A DNA stretch of 37,474 nucleotides from Promethearchaeota archaeon (GCA_048941265.1 JBHLNT010000024.1:1-37474); one strand, 5' to 3'. Positions 9,115 through 18,386 are shown, counted from the stretch's first letter. Notes: a model not told the origin generated them from the letters alone. Translations and numbers: made by a program.

Positions 9115-11505
9115 TTATCTTCCTTTGGATTTGAATTTAGTATAAAGTGCTTTATCTAAAATTTTACCGATTTTTATCGCGATTTGCTTAGCAATTTGAA
9201 ATCGTTCACCTTCAATCATACTATTAATTTCCTCTTGAGAAGGTGCATGATTTAATCTCTTTTCTAATTCTTTTTTAACAAGATCAATGATAATTACCTT
9301 TATCTTCTCGTTATTAGGGATATTAATATCGGAAAAAGCTCTTAATTTTTCCATGGCAAATTGAAAATATTCGATAAATGAATCAGTAGTATCTCTACCT
9401 AATTCACTATGCAATTTAATATTATCTGTAGCTGTTTTTGTATCTTTTTCCTGCCAATATAACTGAGTTGGATTAATTCCAGGGCTATTTATTCTCATTA
9501 AAGAAGAGGTTATCCTTCTCTCTATCCAATTAAGGGTACTTATCTCTTGTTTTTCACGTATCCTCTTCTTTTGCTCACTCTTAATTTTTTCTTTTTCCTC
9601 AATAATTTGTTCTACTTTTAATTTACGCAATACTTCAAATGCTTCAAATCTCTTAACTAAATCATATGCAATACAATAAGATACAGGAGATATAATATCT
9701 TGTTTTAATTTTAATGGTTTTATATCATCATAAATAGGACTTGTATTTTCTTTTAATTCAGAGATTCCTTCATTTATACTTAAATCTTTAATTCTAGCTA
9801 AGATGAAACCATTTACGAGGAAGGGTTGATTATCAGCATTAAATACTATTACTAACTCTTTTTGCCTTTTTAAAAGTCGATTTATAACTAATTCCTCAAG
9901 TTTTATTCTAACCCATTCCTCTGATTCGGTAGTTCCAGATATTTTTTTGAATGCCACAAGAAATAGCGCTTTATCGTTAGTAATTTTTAGGAACAATTCA
10001 ATAATTCTACTTATTTGTCTAATTATTTTAGTAAAAAGATAATAAAAGATATCCTTTACTAAATTATTTATTATATCATCAAAATTCAATAGTAATAACA
10101 ATTGAGAATAACTTTTTAATTGTAATTCTTGTAAAAACACTTTATCAATAATTTCTTTCTTTCGTACAAAATCTCTCAAATCATTTAATTTAATCCCATT
10201 TATTTCTTCTATATTTCTCCAAATCTCTTGAAGCTTGTCGTTTTCTAAATATAAAACTTCTTCTAAATTAAATTCAGAAAAATTATTGGAATCTTTTAAA
10301 AACTCATCTATATTAGAATAATCCAAATCACATATTGCTTTTTTTGTTAATAATAACAAATTTTTCCTTTCTGCATTCAATGACATGATATCAAATTTGT
10401 CAATATTATATCTTATCATACTTTTTTTAACTTTTTGAGCTAGTTCTTCATCCACATTTATTAAATGTAAGATATTATAGACTCCATATTTATTTAAAAT
10501 ATAAATTATTTCATTAAACCCACACTCATTTAAACTCTGCAAAAAGTAAATAAAATCATTTGGATTCGTCTTAAGCTTTTTAATTACTTCTGATTTTAGA
10601 AATTCTAAAACTTTTTTTTCAAATTGATCGTAATTTATCTTTTTATTTAGAGCATTGCTAATCTTATCAACCAATTGTATTTTTAAACTATTTGTCTCTA
10701 AAAATGTAGTTAAACCAGGAAGGGAAATTGGAAAACGATTAAAATTATATTCCATAATCTTTCGTTTAATCATTCTAACTGGCATATTTTGCATTTGTAG
10801 TTCTTTATACGATTTAAATTCAAAATTTACCTGTAATTGATTAATTAATCGATTTAATGTAGATAATTCTATAAATTTATCCTCCTTTTCCTCTCGCTCC
10901 AATTTTTTTTCAATTTCAATAGACAGGTCTTTAAACGCTGAGCTCTCTTCTAAAATATTAATTTTTATGTCATTTGAAAGCCCCATTAAATCCCCCATTA
11001 AATCATAGAAATAAAAAGGGGGATATTTTAATATAATCTCTAATAGATTTTGCTCAATAAAATTATCGATCTCATTAATTTTCTGGGTTTTTTGTAAATC
11101 ATTAAATAAAGATTTTGTATCATTAATTAAGAAGGAAATAATCTGGTTTTCCAAATTGATCGATCTTTTTAATATATCAATTTCTAATGTTAAAGAATCT
11201 TTTAATAATAAAGAAATTTCCTCGGATAATATTTTTTTTTCTAAAATTTCTAAATTTTTCGATGAATCAGTAGAGATATGACTAGCTTCCATACTATCTC
11301 TAACCCTAATCCCTAAATTGTGATATATATGAATAGCAGATGTAGCAATTAATAGATCTTTAAGTGTGGTTTCTTGACTAGTTAATTCAAATATCTTTTG
11401 TCGATCTGCCTCCCTTTTAAAATGATTGATGATAAGATCTACTGTTTGAAAAAATCTAAAAGTACTTTCTATAGCAGTTGTTTTTCTTTTAATTCCACTA
11501 ATCAT
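9115..11505 (-). CDS. Large hypothetical, mostly alpha-helical protein
   Basis: About 800-codon ORF. Start placed at ATG 11505 (MISGIKRK), which overlaps the upstream TGA (ATGA) and follows GGGTGA. Confidence 0.8.
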   Translation of the reverse strand: MISGIKRKTTAIESTFRFFQTVDLIINHFKREADRQKIFELTSQETTLKDLLIATSAIHIYHNLGIRVRDSMEASHISTDSSKNLEILEKKILSEEISLLLKDSLTLEIDILKRSINLENQIISFLINDTKSLFNDLQKTQKINEIDNFIEQNLLEIILKYPPFYFYDLMGDLMGLSNDIKINILEESSAFKDLSIEIEKKLEREEKEDKFIELSTLNRLINQLQVNFEFKSYKELQMQNMPVRMIKRKIMEYNFNRFPISLPGLTTFLETNSLKIQLVDKISNALNKKINYDQFEKKVLEFLKSEVIKKLKTNPNDFIYFLQSLNECGFNEIIYILNKYGVYNILHLINVDEELAQKVKKSMIRYNIDKFDIMSLNAERKNLLLLTKKAICDLDYSNIDEFLKDSNNFSEFNLEEVLYLENDKLQEIWRNIEEINGIKLNDLRDFVRKKEIIDKVFLQELQLKSYSQLLLLLNFDDIINNLVKDIFYYLFTKIIRQISRIIELFLKITNDKALFLVAFKKISGTTESEEWVRIKLEELVINRLLKRQKELVIVFNADNQPFLVNGFILARIKDLSINEGISELKENTSPIYDDIKPLKLKQDIISPVSYCIAYDLVKRFEAFEVLRKLKVEQIIEEKEKIKSEQKKRIREKQEISTLNWIERRITSSLMRINSPGINPTQLYWQEKDTKTATDNIKLHSELGRDTTDSFIEYFQFAMEKLRAFSDINIPNNEKIKVIIIDLVKKELEKRLNHAPSQEEINSMIEGERFQIAKQIAIKIGKILDKALYTKFKSKGR

Positions 11506-13805
11506 ATTTCTTTCACCCATTCTCGGTATACTTCTCGAAAATTATCGGATATATCGCTTTTAAAATTATTTGACCAAAATCTAAAATTAAATACATGAAA
11601 TAAATCCGCTTTAAATAACTCTCTTTCTTCATTAGTTAAATTATGTTTTAAAATTAATGAAAGCGGTCTAGGAATTAATTTAGAGAAGTATTTTAATTCC
11701 ATCTCTTTTAAATAATTATGAAATGTATCAGTCTCATCTAATTTAAGAAAGTTAATCGGTAGATGTTGTTCAAAATCAGGATTTAGTGTATCAATTTCTT
11801 TTTCTATGATTTTTTTAATATACTTTGGAAATTCCATTTTAATTTTATTACAAAATTCATATTGCTTAAAAAATTCTATTAAATAACTCTTTTCATCCAC
11901 ATTTGTTAATTGAGCAATATATCCGTCAAGAAACTTTAAAAACATCTCTGTCTGCTGTTCTTTACTTTCTCTATCCTCAAAATATTTAATAAAATCTCTA
12001 TAAATTTCTTCTAAAGACCATTGTTTATCGTCTGTTAATCTTAAAAATTTTTTCCCATAATCTTTAATCCAGTCTAAAATATATGTTTTCCAAACTAAGT
12101 TAATACCCCCTATCCTCTTCTCTAAAAATCTATGAAATCTGTTAGCAAATGTAACTGGATCAGATATTTCATCATCTGGTTCTTCTTTCAAGTAGCGATT
12201 AATAGTAGTATACCTCAAAAGATAACTTAAAAGATAATGTAATTCATTTGAAAATTTCTTAAATTTTTCAATGTGGATTTTAATAATATTTGGATCTTTT
12301 TCCATTAATACTTCTGCGAACGATACTAGATCACTAATATTTAATTCAATATTTTCAAAAAAATTTTCAAGGTTTTGATTTATTAAACTTTTAAATGCTT
12401 TTATTAAGTTTTTCTCGTTAAATTTAATGCTTTTAGACAATAATATTGGATTTATTTCTATTTGATTAAAAAGAAATGTATTAAATTTTTCCATAAACTT
12501 ATTTCCTAAATTTTTAGCAGGCTTTTGTTCCTTATCAAAAATCTCTTTTATTTTATTAATAAATTCTATTGTTAAGGTCTTTAATCTCCTTCGAGATAAA
12601 TATTTTGGTAAAGCTTTATTGATTGACTCTAAACTATTTTTAATCACTTCCAAGAAATAATAAATTACCGAATTTAAATCTATTACACGCAATTTTTCTT
12701 TTTGAATTATGGTATTTTTAATAGACTTAATTGCAATTTCACATATATCTTCGAAATTTTCGTTTTCAAGTTTGCCCTTCTCGATAAAAAATTGCTTATA
12801 TTTTTCTAAAAGTTCTGTTAAACTACCCATATCTCCCGAGCCAAGAAAATTCATAGAATATTCTATAAATTTATTTAAGAAACTTTCCAGATCCCCCAAA
12901 ATTTTATGTACCTCATTAATTACTCTCTCTGCAGTGTCTGGAATAGTTACAATTTTGATTTTTTCTTCAATATGAGTGATGAGATAAGATATTATTTCAT
13001 CTTGGGATTCGTCAATTGTTCCAGTATTCGCCAGATTTATAAGATTAGTTCCTAGTTTTAACGTATTCTCAATTACAAAGTTAGCACTTGGTTGAGATAT
13101 TGAAAATTTTAAATGATCGATCGCAGATTGTCTCTCGAATGGTGTATTTAACCTTTCGAATTTAGGATTTAAAATTTTAATTTCATAAGGTCTTTTATAC
13201 CATAAAATCTCGAATTTGGATTTTAATGAAGCGTCAATATTTAACATTTCTTTTTCTGTTGGAAGGGACACGCTTAAACCAACTAATTTTTTATTCCATT
13301 TATCTTCAATTAAGTCTCCAAAGAGTTTTTTACCAAATCGCGATGCAAATTTTTTAAATATTAGTACTTTTTCCTCTTTTACCAAATCAGGACGGTTGGT
13401 AAATTCCTCTACTTCGTAAAAGAGTTCACTAATTTTATTAATCTCATCCCTAGACTTATGAGTATTTAAAAATCCTGTCTCAGGTTTTAAAGCAAGGAGT
13501 AAACTTTCACAATCCTTATATTGACCCGGTATTAAAATCATAGACCTTGGATATATATTAATCTGAGCACTTTCATCTATATTATACAGCTCAAATTCAA
13601 TAGAAAAAACTTCAGATCCAGTATAATCCCTTAACATTGCATTATACATCCTCAAGAATTGTATAACTGACAAAGAAAGCTCATTTACTCTCTCTTTTGT
13701 TAATTTACCAGGGCCTATAACATCCCCTACAATTATATCATTTGGAGAGGAATACCCAAAAATTAATGAAAATTGATAATTAATTGACTCTCTAGTAGTT
13801 ATCAT
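11502..13805 (-). CDS. Large hypothetical protein
   Basis: Track ORF runs to 13856 (TTG); ATG at 13805 (MITTRESINYQF) preferred. No motif recognised. Confidence 0.8.
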   Translation of the reverse strand: MITTRESINYQFSLIFGYSSPNDIIVGDVIGPGKLTKERVNELSLSVIQFLRMYNAMLRDYTGSEVFSIEFELYNIDESAQINIYPRSMILIPGQYKDCESLLLALKPETGFLNTHKSRDEINKISELFYEVEEFTNRPDLVKEEKVLIFKKFASRFGKKLFGDLIEDKWNKKLVGLSVSLPTEKEMLNIDASLKSKFEILWYKRPYEIKILNPKFERLNTPFERQSAIDHLKFSISQPSANFVIENTLKLGTNLINLANTGTIDESQDEIISYLITHIEEKIKIVTIPDTAERVINEVHKILGDLESFLNKFIEYSMNFLGSGDMGSLTELLEKYKQFFIEKGKLENENFEDICEIAIKSIKNTIIQKEKLRVIDLNSVIYYFLEVIKNSLESINKALPKYLSRRRLKTLTIEFINKIKEIFDKEQKPAKNLGNKFMEKFNTFLFNQIEINPILLSKSIKFNEKNLIKAFKSLINQNLENFFENIELNISDLVSFAEVLMEKDPNIIKIHIEKFKKFSNELHYLLSYLLRYTTINRYLKEEPDDEISDPVTFANRFHRFLEKRIGGINLVWKTYILDWIKDYGKKFLRLTDDKQWSLEEIYRDFIKYFEDRESKEQQTEMFLKFLDGYIAQLTNVDEKSYLIEFFKQYEFCNKIKMEFPKYIKKIIEKEIDTLNPDFEQHLPINFLKLDETDTFHNYLKEMELKYFSKLIPRPLSLILKHNLTNEERELFKADLFHVFNFRFWSNNFKSDISDNFREVYREWVKEI

Positions 13806-14069
13806 TCTATCATTCTTGCATACTTTTATTTCTATTAAATTTTCAATAAATTTCAAAATATCTTTTGCTAACTACTATAAAAAAAATGGATTTGTATTTT
13901 AAACCTTTGTAAGTTTCAAAATAAACTATAAATTTAATTTTTTAAAATTAATCAAAATCAAATAAATAAGATTTTTAATATTAAATTTTATAATATTAAT
14001 AACGACTATTATTACTTAATTTTCATTCATATAAAATCTCTAAGGAAATTACTCAAAAGGTGATATAAC

Positions 14070-14474
14070 ATCCAGTTCGGAAGTGACCTTGGAATAGATC
14101 AATCTGATATTGAGAAGATTAGCCCACAAATTACGTTTATCACGTCTAATGCTGATATTGAGGCAATAGCATTAGTTTCACAAGAAGGGTATCAAATAGC
14201 GTTTAGTGCTTTACCACAATATCATGTTGATGGCGATCAATTTTGTGGGCTCGCATCAGCATTATTGATGACAGGGCGGTCAACAATTCAGAGTTTATTT
14301 CAAGAGGATTTAAGTGAAATCATAGTGCGGGCACAAGATGGGTATATTGTTATATCTAATGCAGGTAGGTTGGTGATTGTATGCGCAGGTACAATGATTG
14401 ATACTTTAATGAAAACTGTGAAAGTAATGAGAATCGCTGCGAAGAATTTATATAAGATTTTTGAAGGCAGATGA
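14070..14474 (+). CDS. Roadblock/LC7 domain protein (134 aa if started at ATC 14070)
   Basis: Frame is open upstream of the track start (14265) back to TGA 14061. It encodes DIEAIALVSQEGYQIAFSA...DGDQFCGLASALL, the first half of a roadblock fold. AGGTGA at 14058-14063 precedes ATC. Confidence 0.8.
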   Translation: MQFGSDLGIDQSDIEKISPQITFITSNADIEAIALVSQEGYQIAFSALPQYHVDGDQFCGLASALLMTGRSTIQSLFQEDLSEIIVRAQDGYIVISNAGRLVIVCAGTMIDTLMKTVKVMRIAAKNLYKIFEGR

Positions 14475-14549
14475 GCAAAATTTTCTGATAAAAATTAATT
14501 AACTTTTTAAATCTTGATATATAAATTTTCTTAATATTTTTCTATGATA

Positions 14550-14660
14550 TGGTTTAGCACTAATGGTACCTGTAAATAATTTGGCTTGGCGTTGGCAGTG
14601 GACTTGGCGTTGGCGATAACGCCTCTGCATTGGACTAAACCACGAAATCTTTCTTTTTTT
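14550..14660 (+). promoter_or_regulatory. Putative Trp-responsive attenuator leader (alternative helices plus U-tract)
   Basis: TGGTTTAG(14550-57)/CTAAACCA(14635-42); CTAATG/CATTGG; GGCGTT x2 versus AACGCC(14618-23); TCTTTCTTTTTTT 14648-14660; TATA-like TATATAAA at 14518-14525. Confidence 0.7.
14563..14619 (+). CDS. Trp-rich leader peptide MVPVNNLAWRWQWTWRWR
   Basis: ATG 14563, TAA 14617-14619; five TGG codons among the last ten; ends 171 nt upstream of trpB2 on the same strand. Confidence 0.85.
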   Translation: MVPVNNLAWRWQWTWRWR

Positions 14661-14790
14661 GAAAAAAATTCTTGAAAATTTGACATAATTTTATTAAAAT
14701 TATCAAATGTGCATTACTGATTTTGATTTCCAAAATTAAGATGAGACACATTTAAAATGTGCTTAAAAAAAATAAGATAAGGTAATTAAA

Positions 14791-16191
14791 ATGGTGGATT
14801 ATTTTAATTCTAGGATATTATTACAACCCAATGAGGTACCAAAGGAATGGATAAACATATTACCAGATTTACCATCTCCTATGACGCCCTTAGTTAATCC
14901 AATGGATGGGAAACCAGCACCACCAGAACTGGCATTTGCAATATTTCCAAAAGAGTGTGTCTTACAGGAAGTATCTCAAGAGCCACTAATTCCCATTCCT
15001 AATGAATTGAGGGAAATCTATGCAAAAACCTATAGACCAAGTCCACTCCATCGTGCATTAGGTTTAGAGAAAGAACTAGGAATAGAGGGAGAAAATATTC
15101 AGATCTATTATAAAAATGAGTCTTATTCTCCAACAGGTTCTCATAAACCTAATACTGCCATAGCTCAAGCCTTCTATGCCAAAAAAGATGGATTAGAGGA
15201 ATTAGTTACAGAAACAGGAGCTGGACAATGGGGCTCAGGGCTTGCTTATGGATGTAATTTATTTGGGCTTAAATGTACGGTCTATATGGTAAGAGCAAGC
15301 TTCGATCAAAAACCAGGCAGAAAGATTTTAATGAGGGCTTACGATGCTGAAGTTCATGCGAGTCCATCGAGATTTACTGAATCAGGAAAAGCATTTTTAG
15401 AAAAAGTTCCCAATCATCCTGGAAGTTTAGGAATAGCTATTTCAGAAGCTGTTGAGCATAGCATGAGAAGTGACAAAATAAGATATTCTCTTGGTAGTGT
15501 AGTGAATTTTGTTTTGCTGCACCAAACAATAGTGGGTCAAGAGGCAAAAATTCAACTAGATAAAATAGGGATTAAACCTGATATTGTAATTGGTTGCATG
15601 GGAGGAGGTTCTAATTTTTCGGGCTTAATGATTCCTTTTGCAAGAGATAAACTGCATGGAATTCTTCCAGATGTCGAAATTATCGGGGTAGAACCAAGAG
15701 CATGCCCAAGTGTTTGTAAAGGAGAGTATAGATGGGATTTTGGTGATACCTCCATGAAAGGTCCTATTGTAAAAATGCATACTTTGGGCCATACATTTAT
15801 TCCAAGTCCGATTCACGCAGGGGGCTTAAGATATCATGGTATAGCACCAATAATATCGATTTTACATAATAATCATATCATATCTTCTGCAATGCATCAT
15901 CAGAGGGAAGTTATTGAAGCCGGAATTCGATTTACAAAAGCTGAAGGAATAATCCCTGCTCCTGAAACTGCTCATGCAATAAAAGAAACAATAGATCAAG
16001 CATTAAAAGCAAAAGAAAATAATGAGAAAAAAGTAATCTTGTTTAATTTCAGTGGACATGGATTTTTAGATCTGTTAGCTTATAAAGAATACATGACTGG
16101 AGATTTAAAAGATTATGAATTACCCTCAGAAGATATTCTAAAAGCACTTTCCTCACCTGAAATGCCAAAAATAGATGAATCTCAATTTTAA
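14791..16191 (+). CDS. trpB2: Tryptophan synthase beta chain, TrpB2 type (PLP enzyme)
   Basis: YKNESYSPTGSHKPNTA (PLP lysine), TETGAGQWG, HPGSLGIAISEA, GGGSNF, IHAGGLRYHG, FNFSGHG; long N-terminus typical of TrpB2; no adjacent trpA. Confidence 0.95.
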   Translation: MVDYFNSRILLQPNEVPKEWINILPDLPSPMTPLVNPMDGKPAPPELAFAIFPKECVLQEVSQEPLIPIPNELREIYAKTYRPSPLHRALGLEKELGIEGENIQIYYKNESYSPTGSHKPNTAIAQAFYAKKDGLEELVTETGAGQWGSGLAYGCNLFGLKCTVYMVRASFDQKPGRKILMRAYDAEVHASPSRFTESGKAFLEKVPNHPGSLGIAISEAVEHSMRSDKIRYSLGSVVNFVLLHQTIVGQEAKIQLDKIGIKPDIVIGCMGGGSNFSGLMIPFARDKLHGILPDVEIIGVEPRACPSVCKGEYRWDFGDTSMKGPIVKMHTLGHTFIPSPIHAGGLRYHGIAPIISILHNNHIISSAMHHQREVIEAGIRFTKAEGIIPAPETAHAIKETIDQALKAKENNEKKVILFNFSGHGFLDLLAYKEYMTGDLKDYELPSEDILKALSSPEMPKIDESQF

Positions 16192-16197
16192 TTAATA

Positions 16198-16216
16198 TTT
16201 TTTTATTTTTTTTTTT
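16198..16216 (+). terminator. Oligo-T tract after trpB2
   Basis: T7-A-T11 run immediately after the stop codon, typical of archaeal terminators. Confidence 0.55.
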
Positions 16217-16293
16217 AACATTTCATATTTGAAGAAAATCTTAAAATTCAAGATAAAATTTAAATATTTATAATATAATGAGTCTGGTTTTTA

Positions 16294-17370
16294 TTGAATT
16301 TAATTTCTTTTATAATTCTGAGTTTCTTATACTTTTATGGATTAATAATGTTAAAGATTTCGTTTTTAGCAAAAAAAAATGGAGAAAAAAAAGCGTTTGT
16401 TAATAACATAACGATATCTTTAATTTTTATAGTATCTCTTACAATTAATTTTCTAATTGTTAGTTTTTTAACCCCGCATACTATAAATTTTATTGTCTTT
16501 CCATTTGATATATTTATGATTAGTTTTATTGTCACATTTTTACCTTTCTTTTATCTTTTAATATTAAAGGAAAAAAGAAAGACCAACCAATTAGAAGTAA
16601 TTGTACATTTAGCTTTAAAAGAATTGCCGTTAAAATATGATATTTATAGGAAATTAACCCATTTGGTTGTTTTAGCCATTATTCTATTTTACTTTACTCT
16701 TGGATTTTTAGTTAAAAATTTTTTCGTTTATCTTTTAAATTTTTTTCCCCCTATCATTTCAGATATTTTTTATTCTGTTTATTCAATCGAAAAAAATCCC
16801 ATGATTTTTACCCAGTATTTAGTAGTTTTTCTAGTAGGAATTTCATTAATCGGACTTCTTACTGCTGAATTCGTAAGAATTTTAAAACCCAAGCTATACC
16901 CTTTAAAACCTGTCAATCAAATATTAAGAGAAGAAGAATTACATATGAGATTAGGCCCTCAGATATCTACGGCTGTTGGATGTTTCTCAATAATTGTTTT
17001 ATATGGTTTATTTCAACCCATAGGACCTCTGATAATCTGTACATCAATGACAATGGCAATATTTGGTGATATAGCTTCTAATTTAATAGGAAGAACAGTT
17101 GGAAATAAATATAAATATATAAGGGGCACTAAAAAGACATATATAGGATTAATAGCTGGGATTATTGCTGCATTCTTCTCAGGAATAATTATTTTAATTC
17201 TTTTATGTGAATTTTACAATATAAGTCTCTTAGGTCTTATATTCTTACCATTAATAGGAGCAATAATCATTGGAATATTAGATTACGTAGATTTAGAAAT
17301 TGATGACAATCTAACATATGTTTTTGTGATATCAACGATATTGTTCTTTATATCCTTTCTAATATTATAA
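16294..17370 (+). CDS. CTP-dependent polyprenol/diacylglycerol kinase family membrane protein (dolichol/phytol kinase-like)
   Basis: RKLTHL, FGDIASNLIGR..G...KKTYIG, IDDNL motifs; multiple TM helices. Confidence 0.8.
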   Translation: MNLISFIILSFLYFYGLIMLKISFLAKKNGEKKAFVNNITISLIFIVSLTINFLIVSFLTPHTINFIVFPFDIFMISFIVTFLPFFYLLILKEKRKTNQLEVIVHLALKELPLKYDIYRKLTHLVVLAIILFYFTLGFLVKNFFVYLLNFFPPIISDIFYSVYSIEKNPMIFTQYLVVFLVGISLIGLLTAEFVRILKPKLYPLKPVNQILREEELHMRLGPQISTAVGCFSIIVLYGLFQPIGPLIICTSMTMAIFGDIASNLIGRTVGNKYKYIRGTKKTYIGLIAGIIAAFFSGIIILILLCEFYNISLLGLIFLPLIGAIIIGILDYVDLEIDDNLTYVFVISTILFFISFLIL

Positions 17371-17435
17371 AACACTATTTTATTAATCTACATAGCATAA
17401 ATTTTTTCAATTAATATTGTTTTATTAATAAGAAT

Positions 17436-17942
17436 ATGTCAGAAGATAAATTAAAAATTGAAAGAATTCATAAGGGTACGGTCATTGATCACATCGATGC
17501 CGGCTATGCATTAACTATCCTAAGCCTAACGGGCCTTGATGAATCACCTAATTTAATGACTATTGGTGTAAATGTTCCTTCAAAAAAATATAAAAAAAAA
17601 GATATCATTAAAATAGAAGGAGTTTTTTTGAATGAAACTCAAATGCAACAAATTTCTATACTGTCCCCAAATGCTACTATCTCTTTAATTGACGATTATA
17701 ATGTAATTAAGAAAATAAAAGTGAGACTTCCAAAAACGATTAAAAAGTTAATTTTATGCCAAAATACAACATGTATCGTTAATTCACAAAAAGAACCAAT
17801 CTCGAGTGAATTTTTAGTTCTAGAAGAAAAGCCATTGAAAATTCAGTGTGTGTATTGTGATAGAATCTATAAATTAGACGAAATTATTTTTGCTTCAAAG
17901 GAAAAAATAGAAAAAAAAGTTAAGCAAAGAATCCAGATATAA
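17436..17942 (+). CDS. pyrI: Aspartate carbamoyltransferase regulatory chain
   Basis: GTVIDHI, KKDIIKIE, SPNATI, Zn site CQNTTC...CVYCD. Confidence 0.95.
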   Translation: MSEDKLKIERIHKGTVIDHIDAGYALTILSLTGLDESPNLMTIGVNVPSKKYKKKDIIKIEGVFLNETQMQQISILSPNATISLIDDYNVIKKIKVRLPKTIKKLILCQNTTCIVNSQKEPISSEFLVLEEKPLKIQCVYCDRIYKLDEIIFASKEKIEKKVKQRIQI

Positions 17943-17948
17943 TTAATA

Positions 17949-18386
17949 TTAAGGTGTTTTTTGTAGCGTATACATAATTATCGCAACAATCATAAATAAA
18001 AAGAAATATATCCCAATACCTGGCATAATGATGTTTTTCCAGTTCCACTCTTCTTTATCATATTTATATCTGAAGATTATAAAACTGACAAAGAAAGGAA
18101 ATCCAAACCAAAAAGCTAACATCCAAATAAATAAAGGCCAACTTATTAATCCAAAAAATTGAACTCCTATAACCCCGCATAATGCCCCAGTTATCGCTCT
18201 CACCCAGTATAATTTTGTTTCTTTTTCTAGTTTAATTTCTAAAGCTTGTTCTTTTTCAGTTTTCACCTTCTTTTTATCCATTTGAATCTCTTCTGGAGAG
18301 AGTTCCTTTTGCCTCTCCTTAATTAATTTTGACCTTCTTTTTCTGACATCTATCTTTTTCTTCGCACGTTTTTTCTTAAACGCCAT
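17949..18386 (-). CDS. EMC6/Rab5ip-like 3-TM membrane protein with basic N-terminal extension
   Basis: LYWVRAITGALCGVIG...FGL..W..F; GIGIYFFLFMIVAIIMYTL end resembles EMC6 pattern. Confidence 0.6.
   Translation of the reverse strand: MAFKKKRAKKKIDVRKRRSKLIKERQKELSPEEIQMDKKKVKTEKEQALEIKLEKETKLYWVRAITGALCGVIGVQFFGLISWPLFIWMLAFWFGFPFFVSFIIFRYKYDKEEWNWKNIIMPGIGIYFFLFMIVAIIMYTLQKTP

Noticed and set aside
10655-13419. Short plus-strand ORFs within the two large genes
   Set aside because: Antisense shadows
14041-14069. Selenocysteine read-through of the TGA upstream of the roadblock frame
   Set aside because: The TGA is part of the AGGTGA SD, no Cys-homologous position is involved, and I saw no SECIS-like hairpin
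14581-14616. TTGGC/TTGGCGTTGGC repeats as CRISPR or tandem repeat
   Set aside because: Too short and without spacers; explained by the Trp-Arg codons of the leader peptide
17436-17942. pyrI without adjacent pyrB as a novel system
   Set aside because: Motifs are intact and unlinked pyrB/pyrI is not exceptional; pyrB may lie outside the window
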